The position numbers and the translations under genes were made by a program. From assembly GCA_964016885.1 (NCBI GenBank), contig OZ024745.1, forward strand, positions 37,758,001-37,822,000: 64,000 nucleotides of DNA, written 5' to 3'. Source of the stretch: Eledone cirrhosa (Eukaryota). Numbering within the stretch: the first letter of the stretch is position 1; every line of letters begins with the position of its first letter. Below are positions 16,740-31,100 of the stretch, one piece after another. The notes beneath the pieces are model-generated. The model was not told the origin of the DNA. It saw only the letters and a list, made by a program, of their open reading frames with translations, and made no database searches.

Positions 16740-16849
16740 AAGTAAGTCCTTCATCAGTGACCCTCCAACCGTCCCAGGCATTTCATCGCTTTTTAAAGCG
16801 ATGAAATGCCTGGGACGGTTGGAGGGTCACTGATGAAGGACTTACTTTT
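16738..16849. repeat. Perfect palindrome, 55-bp arms with a 2-nt spacer, containing GAAA...CTGATGA
   Basis: aaaagtaagtccttcatcag...cgcttt TT aaagcg...ctgatgaaggacttactttt. Confidence 0.95.
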
Positions 16850-16885
16850 ACATATGCACCCCATTTGCAACGCGCAGCTCATCAT

Positions 16886-16921
<36 letters not shown>

Positions 16922-16924
16922 GTG

Positions 16925-17275
16925 AACGGCAACGCATAAACGAACTAAGGAAAAAATTAGAGATAAGAGGGATCAGATGTTGTTTACTCGAGAGAAGGCT
17001 GCGTTGGTCTGGACACGTGATGCGCATGAAAGTCGATAGCTGTATAACAAAGTGCAGGGCAATACAGATAGACGGTAGCCACGGAATAGGCAGACCTAGA
17101 AAAACCTGGGACGAGCTGATAAACTCCGACCTCACACACTTACACGTCTCCAAGACAATGTCACTGGACCGAGACCTTTGGCGGTACTCAGTAACAGAGA
17201 AGACCCGCCTTACCTAAATCCATAGTAAAACCTACTCCAGCCAGTAGGCATCTCTAACAAAATACACCCCGTCCC
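16925..17275 (+). mobile_element. RTE LINE 3' fragment
   Basis: ELRKKLEIRGIRCCLLERRLRWSGHVMRM..GRPRKTW; near-identical to 40562-40890. Confidence 0.88.
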
Positions 17276-17276
17276 A

Positions 17277-17677
17277 CATATATGTGAAGACAAACATAGA
17301 ATATTCGAAAATATTCTGTATGTTTACAATAAACATTTCGAAGACCCAATCGCTATAGAATAGAATACGTCACGTATTACAATTTGAGATTCTTTCAGAA
17401 GATCCCGTCAAGGGTGAAAGCAGCGATTCTTTGCTTAAACTTTAATCTGTTGTTTTAATAAATATATATATATATATATATAGTATGTATATATATATAT
17501 GTAATCCTGATGATTTCTAATAAGAATGAAACGCGTAGGTTACTTCCCTTGCTTTTATCGAGAATCTCAAATTGTAATACGTGACGTATTCTATTCTATA
17601 GCGATTGGGTCTTCGAAATGTTTATTATAAACATACAGAATATTTTCGAATATTCTATGTTTGTCTTCACATATATA
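17277..17677. repeat. ~117-bp inverted repeat enclosing a hammerhead and an HHR-like motif
   Basis: 17277-17393 is the reverse complement of 17561-17677. Confidence 0.9.
17501..17543 (+). ncRNA. Minimal type I hammerhead ribozyme
   Basis: gtaatc-CTGATGA-tttct aata agaat-GAAA-cgcg-TA-ggttac; palindromic stem III ACGCGU typical of Penelope HHRs. Confidence 0.85.
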
Positions 17678-17697
17678 TCGCTATTTCAGAGCATTAT

Positions 17698-20265
<2,568 letters not shown>

Positions 20266-20266
<1 letters not shown>

Positions 20267-20905
20267 TGAAACTAGTACAGCGTTCCTTTGTCAGTGTTGA
20301 ACAAACGAGCAACGATGGTTGCTAGACACTATGGCTTAATACGGGATGTTTGTTTACAAACAAACCGAGCATTTTAATAAATGTTCGGTGATTCCATACG
20401 TACATGTATATATGTGTGCATATATGTATATATATATACATACTACTGTACGTCTGTATACATATATGTATGTACGTGTACATACTAATATTTAAGTACA
20501 GCCGTACTAAGAGTGGGAAATGAAATTTCGTTTCACTTTTTCCGTTCATCGTTTTCTGTGCACCTGGCCGATTAACCCACTCGATATGCAAATTGGGCTA
20601 CTCAGCCGTTAATATTTCATAAGGTAAGTATATACGTTCAACAATCTGGCAGGAAGGTATACGTTGCTGACGATAGCTAATAAGCTTGAAACTAGTACAG
20701 CGTTCCTCTTTCAGTGTTGAACAAACGAGCAACGATGGTTGCTAGACACTACCGCTTAATACGGGATGTTTGTTTACAAACACACCGAGCATTATAATAA
20801 ATGTTCGGTGAATCCATACGTACATGTATATATGTGTGCATGTATGTATATATATATACATACTACTGTACGTCTGTATACATATATGTATGTACGTGTA
20901 CATAC
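20266..20905 (+). mobile_element. 1.5 x 420-bp retrozyme-like repeat, diverged relative of the 467-bp unit
   Basis: gaaactagtacagcgttcc at 20268 and 20688; collinear similarity to the reverse complement of the 467-bp unit. Confidence 0.85.
20661..20703 (+). ncRNA. Minimal type I hammerhead ribozyme
   Basis: acgttg-CTGACGA-tagct aata agctt-GAAA-ctag-TA-cagcgt. Confidence 0.88.
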
Positions 20906-21606
20906 TTATATATACTATATATATATATATATATATAAATGGCTTCTACGGGGCTAGAATTTTTTCAATCTAATGAAACAGTTCTAGACCTGTAGAAGCC
21001 ATCTCTATATTAAATATTTATACTCTACTATGTATTGAGTACCTTACTTACTGTGGTTATCCGCGATTAAACCCCCGATACCCACACACACACCAACACG
21101 CACACGCACACGTACACACACGCACACACATATTATAGAACTAATCCCACACGGTGTAGTAACTTATTTTATAGTTACAGTATTCTAATAATCGTTTCTA
21201 ATTTTGGCACAAAGCCAGAAATTTGAAGGGAAACGGAAAGTCTATTAGATCGACCTCAGTGCCTCACTGGTACTTTATTATATTTAATGAAAGGCAAAGC
21301 TAACCTTGACGAGATTTGAACTCAGTACCTACAGGACCCTAACTATGTGCCACAAAACATGTTTTCCGACACTGGCACCCCATCGCCGTCACAGTTATGT
21401 AATAAACTAAAATACCATACGATCATACTATAGAATAAATACCACATTATGTAACACTCTAACGTAAATACGACACTGTGACATACTTTGGTATAGCTAT
21501 TACACTATGTACTACTATAGCATTAACGTAGGATTTTATCAACGCACAGATAACGGTCTGGTGTAGTAAAATATAGTTATAAAATATGTAAGAAATTATT
21601 ACTTAC

Positions 21607-21962
21607 CAAGACAAACATTTGAACTCTTCTTCTAAGGTACCGACAAATTCATTTAAGGAACTCCTTTCTTCGTCCATCAGATCCGCAAGGCTCATGCGAC
21701 GCTTTTCACGGCTTATTTGAAATAGGGTGCTACTAATTCCTTTGAAACCGTGAGTAAATTCATCGACACTAATACGACCATCTCCGTCCTTATCCAATTC
21801 TTCGAATACATTTGTCAATTCATCAGTTGACATGTCAGTACATACTGTAGCTAGTTCGGACTGGTCAATATATCCGGAACCATCTAAATCACATGCCCTA
21901 AAAAGCTGTTGCAGGTTTTGCTCACCTTCTCCGCTTTTCTTCTCCATATGTTGTAATGCCAT
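21607..21962 (-). CDS. RASEF: Coding exon with two EF-hands, similar to the N-terminus of RASEF/Rab45-family (Ras and EF-hand domain) proteins
   Basis: LQQLFRACDLDGSGYIDQSEL and VFEELDKDGDGRISVDEFTHGF loops; acceptor tacag|CCTGATG at 21966, donor TG|gtaagt at 21607. The exon is solid; the symbol is tentative (CRACR2A/Rab44 paralogues are possible). Confidence 0.8.
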
Positions 21963-23499
21963 CAGGCTGTATACCGACGCCGAAGTGAAATCAGTAAAGC
22001 AGACGATAAGATAATTAAAAAGTAGTTATTTAGTTATGTGTAAAGTAAGTGATAAAGACGCGTAGCTCAGTGGTTAGCGTGTTCGGGTCACGATCGTAGG
22101 GCTGTGTGTTCGATCCCCTACGGCGTGTTATGACCTTGAGCAAGACACTTTATTTCGTTAATCCAGTTCATTCAACAAGAAAAATATTAGTTGTACATGT
22201 TATTCAAATAGACAACCAGGCTGTATTTCTCTAATAACTGCTGTTAAAGGTACACGTGTCTCTGGAATGCTCAGCCACTTACACGTTAATTTCACGAGAA
22301 AGTTGTTCCTTTGATCGAAGTATTTGAAGCACTCGTTGTCGGAACAGATGTTTTAACAACAAAATAAATGATGAACTTTTGCCTTTCCTGCAAATATATT
22401 TTATTTTCCTTTCTTTTTCTTTCCTTTCTTTTCACTTTTTTTTAATCAATCATTATCTATATTGCATAAAATTCTTATCACCTCGAGAAAACCTTGTTTG
22501 GGTTTTTCCTTTGTATTATTTTATTTTATCCTAATTTTTGTCTCGTTACGTTTATCACATTACTATTTGCTTTCATGAAACTTTCAGTTATTTTTCTTTC
22601 GTAATTCTTGTTTCACTTTTTCCTTCCTTTTCTCACCTCTCTCTTTTCTCTCTCTCGCCCTTTCCTGCTCTCTCTCCCTTTCTTGCTATCTCTCTGTTTC
22701 ACTAGTAATTCTATATTTTATTATATTATCTATCAATGTTGCTGAATCTGTTTCAATTCAAAATAATCTCAAAACAATAGGAAATCACAGATTTGACATT
22801 TGTTTTACCCCGTTGGGTAGAACCATGGATTGTCTCGGAACATCATTGTCGCCAGATGCCTGTAAAAATAAGAGAACGAATAACAAAAATAATCTAATAC
22901 ATTGTTCAAAAATTTTGTTACGGAACCTTCTGAAATCGCTTTTTAAACAACTGTGTATTTTAAAGTGCCTATATTATCTAAATATCTTCCATCATAAATT
23001 CATGTAAGAACCTTTGTTTAAAAGATATGTTCAAAACTCCAGCTTGATAGCGAGGAAGTTATGTAACTAAATCCCTTCAAATTCTTGATTTTCATTAAAA
23101 ATATGGTAACAAAAAGGTTACTAATCTATTCAGGGGTGGGAGGCCAAACTCATGCTCGTTTTCAGGGCCGCCGAGACTAATGATAGGAACGAAAGGTAGG
23201 AGAATATTATTCTCACAATTCTAAGACGTGGATTAAATGCTTACAACCCATGCCAGCATGGAAACGCATATGTTAAAACGATCATGATGGTGATGGTGGG
23301 TGTTGATTGTGGAGTTTGTGGTGACGGTGGCAGTGTTGTTGTTGCCATTGTTAATGACGGTTCCAGACGAGTGGGTGTTGTTTTTGTTATTGTTCGTGGT
23401 AGTAATAGTGGTGGTAGTTATATGGGTGCTGAACCGAGTGATGGATTAAGTCTACCTCCCAGAAACCAGAGGAACGTTACATCCCAACGTCTTCGGTAC

Positions 23500-23700
23500 A
23501 ATTTCTGTGTAGGCACAAGGCCAGCAATTTTGGGGGGAGGGAAAAGTCGATGAAATCGACCCCAGTGCGTGACTGGTACTTTATTTTATTGACCCCGTAA
23601 GGATGAAAGGCAAAGTTAACCTCGGAATGAAAGGGCCGTAACTCTATGCGGCAAAGCATGGCGTCCGACCCTCTACCGATACTGCCAATCCATCGCCCTA
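23500..23700 (-). mobile_element. tRNA-derived SINE, family A (Meta-domain-like core)
   Basis: A box tggcagtatcgg; core aactttgcctttcatccttacggggtcaataaaataaagtaccag. Confidence 0.85.
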
Positions 23701-24089
23701 TTTCATACTTAAATAATTATGTCTAATGTAGGCACAAGGCCAATACAGTGGAGGAAACTCGATTAAATCGACCCCAGTACTGGAATGGAATTTATTTCAT
23801 AGACATTTGAAAGGATGAAAGCCAGGATTTGAGCTCCGAACGTGAAGGTTTGTAACAAATACCAAAAAGCCTTTGTCTGACGCCCTTCCCTCGCGTAAAA
23901 TATCGAAATATACTTACTCAGTCCAGACTAACAGAAAGATAAAAATCAGGGGCATAAACAGGCTAGACTGAAACCTAGGCGTCCCATAGGAACTAGGGAC
24001 CTGTTATCTTAAAAAAACAAATTCTTGGACACTGTTATAAAATTGAAGCTGATTATGCTGAAACCTAGGTACCCCACAGGCTGTAGAGC

Positions 24090-24275
24090 AGAGTTTTTCA
24101 AACTGCGTGTCCCGACCAATAAATGTGTCATAAAATATATTAAAATCGTCCGCGACATTAAGAAAAAGTAAATCAACAAAAATATAGAAATGATTTATTA
24201 CACGCATACATAAAAGTCACACAAAATGCAGCTCTTGTTGTGGGTCTGAGTAAAGATAATTTTGAAAAGTGTTGG
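24090..24275. mobile_element. Possible hAT/Charlie-like MITE
   Basis: imperfect TIRs cagagtttttcaaa ... tttgaaaagtgttg. Confidence 0.4.
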
Positions 24276-26930
24276 TTTAGGGGTCCATCAACTTTTTTCT
24301 TGCCTTTTTGTGTTTTAGGGCACTGTTACAAAATTAACGTCTTAGAAATTTCTGAAAATCTAAATGTCTGGTCACGGGGTAATACGGTGCAGATTACAAG
24401 GAGAAAAAATAATACATACCTTCAAACTTGAAGTTTATTTATCTTAGTAAGTTCACTTCGTGTAGTATAGATTCGATCTGAAATTAACATAAGATTTTTT
24501 TAATAGAAAAGGCCATGTGTTTCACAATCTGTTTAACAATGGAACAGATGGACATTTTAGAAACTGTTTTACTGTGGTAGTCATCTTAGCATTGATGATA
24601 GTAATGGTGTTGGTTTGGTGGTGGTGATGTGTAGTGGGGAGGTGGCAGCATCTGTTGTCGTGGGGTGTTGTTGTTGTTGTTGTTGTTGGCGAGGGTGGTG
24701 TCGATGATGGTAAAAGGGTCATTGATGTTGCTGCTGCTAGTGGTTGTGGTGGTATGGTGACGATAGCAACGATGGTGGTGGTAATAGAAGAAATAGTGTT
24801 AGTTGTTGTTGTTATTGTGGTGGTGTTAGTGGTGGTGGCAAAAGTGTCGTTAACGCTGCTTTTATCGCTCTTGGTATTGATGTGGCGATGTTTGTAGTGC
24901 TTTTAACGGTGATAGTAGTGATGGTGATAGCAAAAATAGTGTTAATGGTGGTGGTGGTGGTGGCATCAACGGGGTGTGGCAAATAAAATAAGGTGGCAAC
25001 ATATTTTATTTGTTCAGCTTGTTATAGTTTTCCTTTTCTTTGGAATAAAATCGAGTATAAAAAGTAAACAACAGCGCTAAGAAAACGAAGAAGAAAACAC
25101 CAACAACAATAACGAGCGGACATAGATTCACGATCGTAGGGTCACGAATTTGATTCCCGATCGATCGTTATATCCCCGAGGAAGACCCTTTATTTCACAT
25201 TGCTCTAGTTCAACTAGCTCAAGAAATGAATGAGTGTACCTTGAATTCAAAGGACCAGTCTGGTCATGCAGAGTGTCACATTGAAAATCCTTAAAAATGA
25301 TGTTAAGGGTACACGTGTCTGTGGAATGCTGAGCCACATAAATGACAAATTAACGAGCAGGCTGTTCCGTTGACGAAACAACTGGGACACCCGTCGTCGT
25401 AACTGACTAAGGTCCAGCAACACTATATCAAGCGTATCTATGTGGTCACCCATTATACTAGATATATAATCCGCAGCTCCCGCAAATCACAACATATCTT
25501 CTTAGAAAAAAAAGAAGAAAACCTCTTACAAGCTGGTCGAAGATATACAATTAAATGGATTTGGCACCGCTGGGATCGCTGTGATCTTTATAAAATAGAA
25601 GGACTCATTGATTAAAATAGTCCTACATATGAAAACGACAATCAGGTCAAGGTTGAAATGAGGTTCATCATAGGTCTGCTCAATCGGAGCTGATTTGGGG
25701 CTAAATAATATAAACAACAATAGTAACAACAATGGTAACAACAACAATATGTATAACCTAAAAAAAAGAGCAAAATTGATATGGACACAGAGAAGAGAGA
25801 AGGTGAATTAGAGACCTTGGATATATATATACTATCGGGCCCCAAATAATAAGGGGGTGGGGTGGAATAAGTGAGGAAGTTGAAAAATCGGTAAAATTTC
25901 TAAGTTGTCTCCATTGACTTTTTAAAAACCAGAATTACTCGTTTAGTTTACACATTGAGACCCCAACTCATCCTATTTATTTTATAATGTATGAGATTTC
26001 TTGTAATGTTCTTTTTTGCCATGTATAATGTCTTTTAATGTATAAATAAAATTAATTGTCGCGGGAATGTTACCACTTAAAATAATATTTCAGCGGAGAT
26101 AGATTAGCAAAATTTAATAAGCAGGGATTTAATAGCGGAGTGGTTGGAAGTAATCTGAAAAATTAATAAGCGTTTGGTGGGGGATAATTTTTCAAGACCT
26201 GAAAGAAATTGGAGAACTACAACAGTCTCGTACTTTCCTTAATACATTTAACACTATAGGTAAATCAGTTCTAAGTACGAACGGAAAGCGGATTGCGGAA
26301 TTTGCTTCATTGAGGACCCAGCATCAACAACTATAAGAATTCGCTTTTTATTTGTAAAACAAATGAGTTCCACAGCGAAATAATTACTGTAGTGTAAATA
26401 CTCGATAGAGTGCCGAATCGATAGAGCATCAGAAAATGCTTTACAGTATTAGTTTTGATTCTTTAAATTCTAAGTTCAAAATCTATCCGAAATCAACTTT
26501 GCTTTTCATCAGTCTGGGGTCGATAAAATAAAGTACCAGTCACACAAAACAGTCGATATAATTGACTTTCCCTCCCACCAAATTGTTATCTTTGTCTCTG
26601 ACTTATTTGGTTTCCCGAGATGTGAATATGTCGGAAAAATGATTTGTAGTACTCTTTCCGACACTCTGTGTTCAGAATTCAAATCCCGCCAAGGACAACT
26701 TTGTCTTTCATCTGTTCAAGATCGATATAAAAGTACCAAGATAGAACTCGGATTAATTTTCCCTCTATATCTTTTAATTCCTTACTTTCATACCATCATT
26801 TTCCCGGCTATGATTAGAACTGAAGTCGAATGGGCAACATCAGGATTAAAACGCTCCAAACACACCAGTACAGTACCCCCTCTCTCTCATACATATAAAT
26901 ATATATATGTATATATATATATATACTTAT

Positions 26931-27955
26931 ACTAGCATTAAAGCCCGGTGTTGCTCGGGTCAGTAAGTTACCAAAGTTAGGTTGCACCACCCATTTTATG
27001 GCAGCACTTTTTTTTTTGTCTGCCAGGCACTGGGTGAATGAATTGCAGACCTGGATTGCCGAAGCAGGAGCTGCACCAGCAGTGACAATTGTAATTTCGC
27101 CTATGGATATTATCTCTGTGCAAAGAAGTGTTGAAATTTATTGTTTCACAGTACTTGCGCAACACGCGCGTAGACGATGCCAGCCGAACAACAGAGCTGC
27201 GATGGAGTTGTTCTGCATGGTTGTCTAATGTGTGTTTTCTAAATTTAAGACAGTAGGGAGGGTTGTGATATGGGGAGAGTTAGCTGCTGTTTCTAGCAGG
27301 TTTAGTGACCTCATAGAGGATATGTTTTCTAAATTTAAGACAGTAGGGAGGGGTGTGATATGGGGGAGAGTTAGCTGCTGTTTCTAGCAGGTTTAGTGAC
27401 TTCATAGAGGATATTATTGTGTATAGTAAATGAACTGATACTTCTTTCTTCCACGTTCGTTGATAGATGTTTTAAAAAAGATTTATCGCTATTTTTTGTT
27501 GTTGTTGAATACATTTATCTGTTGCTTTTGAATAATTGTCGTTTCGTATGAAATGTAATAAGTTCTCTTTGTCATTGAAGTAAATAAATGTTTGACCGTT
27601 CCACACTCAAAAACAAACGTTCCCTCTCTCTCTCTCTTAAAGTTTGCAAGTTTAATCGTATATAAGAGAAAGTTGCAGCATGTATGTAGTTTTATCGAAT
27701 TTTAAGGGGAGTAGAGAGAGTAAATCTGATTGTATTAGAGGGTAAAGCGTCATGTATTTAGTTTTATTGATTATTTGCATAATTGTGGGTGAGTTTGAAT
27801 GAAATAAATAGTCGTTGACCTAAATTAGACCATTTACAACATTCGTACAGACTTTGAGTCGAATCGGTTTGAAATTGTGCAAATGTTTAAACATGGAACA
27901 TGCACACACACACACACACACACAACAACAACAACAATCTGCCTTTTATAGATAA
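26931..27955 (+). mobile_element. Helentron/DINE-1-like non-autonomous element with an internal ~86-bp tandem duplication (27233-27412)
   Basis: actag...cccggtgttgctcggg hairpin at one end, (CA)n + tctgccttttata at the other; the duplication is seen directly, the class is inferred. Confidence 0.5.
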
Positions 27956-27966
27956 TGATATATATA

Positions 27967-28133
27967 AGTGGCAACACGACAGTTAGTTCACCATACCAAG
28001 ATCAATTGTTTCCTTAGCGGATCTTCAGCTCGTAAGAGCTGAAGATCCGCTAAGGTGAAACAGTACGAGCTGAAGATCCGCTAAGGTGAAACAATTGTTC
28101 TCGGTATGGTGAACTAACTGTTGTGTTACCACT
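27967..28133. repeat. Foldback of a hammerhead-bearing element, with an extra partial HHR copy at the centre
   Basis: 27967-28034 is the reverse complement of ~28064-28133; gagctgaagatccgctaaggtgaaaca occurs twice. Confidence 0.9.
28064..28106 (+). ncRNA. Minimal type I hammerhead ribozyme
   Basis: tacgag-CTGAAGA-tcc gctaa ggt-GAAA-caattg-TT-ctcggta. Confidence 0.8.
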
Positions 28134-31100
28134 TCTACCTAACTCGACCCATGGACTGACTGCTCTACCACTACGGATATTACCTTCTAGTGTTACCTCT
28201 CTCTTTCTATATATATTTTTCACTCCTTCTCTGAGCGAAATTGGCTGGGTTCAGATCTGGAGAGGGATGGACTCTGTCAGGTTTAATGTCCACATGACTC
28301 GCTATATGTCATTGCAAGTTCCTACAAGGATATGCAGGTTCATACATATTTAGTTTCATAAATGTGGCGGATTGACAAAGTCGTTAGAACGTGGATGTGA
28401 TGCTTAGTTGTATTTGTTCCTGTTCTTTACTTTCTGATTTTTAATCCAGCCAAGGACAACTTTGCCTTTTATCCTTCCGATGTCAATAAAATAAAGTAAC
28501 AGTCACGTACTGAGGTCAATATAATGTACTTTCACTTCCCCCACCACGAAAACAAAAAGAAAACATTTGAGCTCTTTTGCCAAAATTAGAAACTATTATG
28601 TGGTTATCTCCCATTACTTCTTGGGTTCATTCCTTATTCAAATCCACCTTGACTTTTTTACCTTCCACAGTTGAAAGGGTAAAAGACAAAGTTGACACCT
28701 GCATGCGTTTAACACAGAATGTAGAAAAGCCGGATGAAATACTACAAATGACATCATCAATGCCCTAGAAAATATTCCCATCCACACCCTTTAAGCCGAT
28801 ATAAGAAAAACTGTTAGGGTGAATGTAAGAGAATCTAACCCTAGAAAAGGTTGTCCCAGCAGCACTGATGAATTTTCCTAGCACAACCGTGACTGTTGAG
28901 AGGGAGGGTATGATGAAAGTAACTTCAAACCAAAGACATACTAGCAACCGAATGGACTCCGTAAAAAGCACCCACGAGCTTGTTGGAGGTATTACTCAGA
29001 GCGATGGATTAAGTATACCACCTACGTATGGTAAGCTAACGAACCTAGCTTTTGACTTCCTTTACTCTGACCACACTAAGATAATTACTATGCTTGCATT
29101 TTCCACAGTACAATCGACATTAACCCATACCAAATCATGTTACATGTCATACTATACGACCCACTTCACCGTTTTGGATATATAGAGATTTATATATTGA
29201 TAAGAGGAAATCATTATATATTCATTTTAATTATACAGATTTGTATAAAACTGTGATCCTTTAAAGTTCAGTGATGCGCCTCTCTGAGGTCTGTATCATA
29301 AGTGGCTGCCTAGTTGGTCTGATGGTAGCGCTGACTCTGGATAAACTACTTATGGTTGGACACTGGATCACATAATGTTAGCTACTACGGTTCTGATCCA
29401 CCAACTTGTGACAGATGATGACGCCTCGCCACGGTGACTGCCACGACGACCGTGATTACGCAAAATGTCCAGGCTAATGTGACAGCATGTATCCTAGTAG
29501 TTACGGAGTAGGACTCACAATTATGAGGTCGTGAGTTAGATTCCTTGACCGGGTGGTGTGTTGATTTCTTGAAGAAGTCAATTCATTTCACGTTGCTTTT
29601 CATGATAGAATTGGAGCATCTATCATTAAAACACCTACGAAACTTGTTATGAGACACAGCCTGTTAGGATGCCAACTAAATGTACATATGTGTGAGCTAT
29701 AAATGTCATTTTCATTTCATGTCGAACCAATAAAGTACATCTACGTGGTTAATCGACCCACTAATTATAGCAGTCATATCTACGTCAAATCATACAAGAT
29801 TTTTAGAAAATAATAACACATTAGACATGATCCATGTTGCTTTGTGCCTGGAAAACAGAGGAGATGGTTACGACTGGAAAACGTTTATTCAATAAAGGCT
29901 GACCTTGAGTAAACAACACTTTTGGAAAACAACACTTTAATCATGTTCTAGAGATGGTCAAATTTTCCTATAAGGGGGGGGGGGGGGCGATTGACATAAA
30001 CTGGACGATAAGAGAACTAAAGAATAAGTTGGATAATCCTTATTGATGATAGCACGAAATCAGCCAGATCTGATGAGTAAATTTTACAGTTGTAATGGTA
30101 TAAAAAATTACATGATCAGATAGCACCGCTTCGAACCAGGAATAAAAACACTCATCTAGGGATAGGATTTAGAAATGTAAACTGGCAAAGCGAAAACTGG
30201 AATTCGTTACAACAGTAATCCTTTTTTTTTTCGGGCAAAAGAATAATGTTTTTAAGTTCTTATGTGAAACACAAACTGTGAATACGCGTTACTTAGTTGT
30301 TAGGGTATTCGTCTTCCGATGATCGTAAGGTCGTTTGTTCGATTCTCGGCAGCGTGTTGTTTCACCGAGCAAGGCGTTTTATTTCACGTTGCTCCAGTCT
30401 ACTCAGGTGGAAAAGAATGAGTTGCACCAGCTATGTCAAACACTGTGTCATGCTGAATGAGAGAATTGCGTTATAGGTACACTTGTCTGTGGAATGCATA
30501 GCTACTGGTACGTTAAAATCACAAGCAGGTTGTTTCAATGTTCGAACTAATGGAACAGATCTCGACAGAACTGTAAACACAAAGCATTGCTTCAATCATT
30601 AGAAATTGTCTCCCCCACTAGAAAAAAAAAAAAAAAAAAGAAAAGGAAAATTAAAATTGCAGGAAACAAGACCAATCGACTGGGTGTCTTAATAACCACC
30701 TAGTTTAAGGATTTGAACAATTCAAAGACGAAAGACAGTTGACAAGAGGTTGGGGAAATTAACGTTTGAAATTAATGCTTCAGTGGCCAGACTGTCAAAA
30801 TATATACTTACCAGTGAACAAAGTAGAAAGAGAAATCAATTGGCTGACGGATTGAGGCTCCTATAGAAGGGGCAGGGGTGGTTACAGTAAACCCCTGTCT
30901 CGAAAAAAGTTTAGATTCGAAATGGCTTATTTGAACTGACTCTATATGGTTCTCCCATGGGAGCAGTGTGAAGTTAGCGGCACGACAACTGGATAGTTAA
31001 ACTGTTGAGGAAACAACAACAAAAAACAAAACTTTTTCTAAATGACCGTCCTATCAGAAAAGAAATATTTTTAGCAAGATTTGATCTTAATAGATAGATG

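Noticed and set aside
24522-24986. Val/Gly- or Thr/Pro-rich ORFs
   Set aside because: Degenerate (GGT/GTT)n simple repeat.
30068-30100. CTGATGA-gtaa/ttac hairpin
   Set aside because: The hairpin is followed by agtt rather than GAAA; no stem III.
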